A stretch of 61,973 bases of DNA, the filler included, from Actinomycetota bacterium (GTDB lineage: Bacteria > Actinomycetota > Actinomycetes > JAKEEW01): assembly GCA_046725875.1 (NCBI GenBank). It is 5 parts of 5 records of this genome, joined end to end, with 100 filler letters (N's around TTAATTAATTAA, not from the genome) between each part and the next. Parts side by side here need not be neighbours in the genome. Positions count along the whole stretch, not along the records: positions 56,229 to 61,973 come from JBKOZJ010000048.1; 4 more parts are not named here. One strand, given 5' to 3'. The position numbers were made by a program, and so were the translations under genes. The notes beneath the pieces were generated by a model. It ran no database searches. It was not told where the DNA came from and was given only the letters and a program-made list of their open reading frames with translations. The first letter of the stretch is position 1. The number at the start of each line of letters is the position of its first letter. Below, piece after piece: positions 61,332 to 61,973 of this stretch.

Positions 61332-61973
61332 CTCTGTTGCATTGACAATGAGGCACCGCGTGGGCAAGATCCGTCCGCGTGCGGCTCATCCGATCTACTC
61401 GTGTCCCGGTTCTTGCTCGCTCGGCGTTTTCCGGCTTCCGGTTCCCGCCGGACGTGATCGTGTTGGCCGTGCGCTGGTACTTGCGGTTCGGGCTCTCGTT
61501 TCGGGACGTCGAGGAGCTACTGGCCGAGCGCGGCATCGACGTCGATCACGTCACCGTGCACCGCTGGGTGCAGCGCTTCACGCTGCTGCTGGCCGACGGC
61601 CCGGTTCGGCCGGCACCGGGTCGGCGACCGCTGGCACGTGGACGAAACATACGTCAAGGTGGCCGGCCGGTGGGTCTACCTGTACCGGGCAGTCGACCAG
61701 TACGGGCAGGTCATCGACGTGTATGCGTCGACTCGGCGAGACACAGAGGCAGCCCGCCGGTTCTTCCAACGGGCCAGGACCAGCACCGGTGTAACGCCGT
61801 CGGAGGTCGTCACCGACCGGGCACCCACCGACCCCGCGGTGGTCGACGAGTTGTGGCCGGCCGCCTGGCATCACACAGAGCAATACGCCAACAACCTCGT
61901 GGAGGCCGACCACTCGCAACTGAAACGTCGGCTGCGCCCGATGCACGGGATCAAGACCATGACCGGGCTACGG
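61330..61973 (+). mobile_element. IS6-family element with frameshifted transposase (runs off window)
   Basis: Left end GGCTCTGTTGCA (IS6100-like); GFRFPPDVI..AVRWY, frameshift near 61598, then WHVDETYVKV, YRAVD, VVTD and NN.VEADH DDE motifs. Confidence 0.92.

Noticed and set aside
61590..61610. IS6 frameshift as programmed ribosomal frameshifting
   Set aside because: No slippery sequence, and IS6 transposases are single ORFs; it looks like a small deletion.
1..61973. CRISPR arrays, tRNA or rRNA genes
   Set aside because: No regularly spaced repeat-spacer units, cloverleafs or rRNA-like sequence found by eye; a tRNAscan/Infernal run would be needed to exclude them formally.

Overview
GC-rich actinomycete DNA, probably from a draft or metagenome-assembled genome. 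It consists of five separate contigs joined by artificial 100-nt linkers (N44-TTAATTAATTAA-N44) at 10294-10393, 29120-29219, 48536-48635 and 56129-56228, so adjacency across linkers means nothing. Contig 1 (1-10293) is core genome: methyltransferase fragment, nitrilase-family hydrolase, 2-oxoacid dehydrogenase E1a/E1b/E2, EamA transporter, arginine deiminase, DUF5926-like SEC-C protein, RsbW-like ATPase and a GDPD fragment. Contig 2 (10394-29119) has an internally deleted IS110, an MDR oxidoreductase, a MalT-like LuxR regulator, several gene remnants, a palindromic element, an orphan Cys-free ribosomal S4, an Sdh1-type succinate dehydrogenase operon, and two tandem peptide-binding lipoproteins that share a conserved ~160-nt upstream region. 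Contig 3 (29220-48535) is accessory and rich in pseudogenes. It holds a CarH/LitR-type B12 photoreceptor with visible 11-bp-phased operator repeats over the divergent promoter of a DUF378 gene, two class III nucleotide cyclases, a stand-alone cNMP-binding protein, a DUF3800-like gene, and mtnA with a class II aldolase. Contig 4 is the conserved DUF6049-murJ-pseudokinase-sigM-anti-sigma-trxB cluster. Contig 5 has a TetR/DrrAB exporter, YciI with a scrambled ECF42 sigma factor, and an IS6 abutting a resolvase remnant. The best candidate for an undescribed system is the CarH-type light/B12 switch apparently controlling DUF378 (and possibly an SRPBCC gene) instead of carotenoid genes. Second is a possible cyclic-nucleotide signalling cluster. 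All family assignments come from motif recognition by eye; no database search was run.
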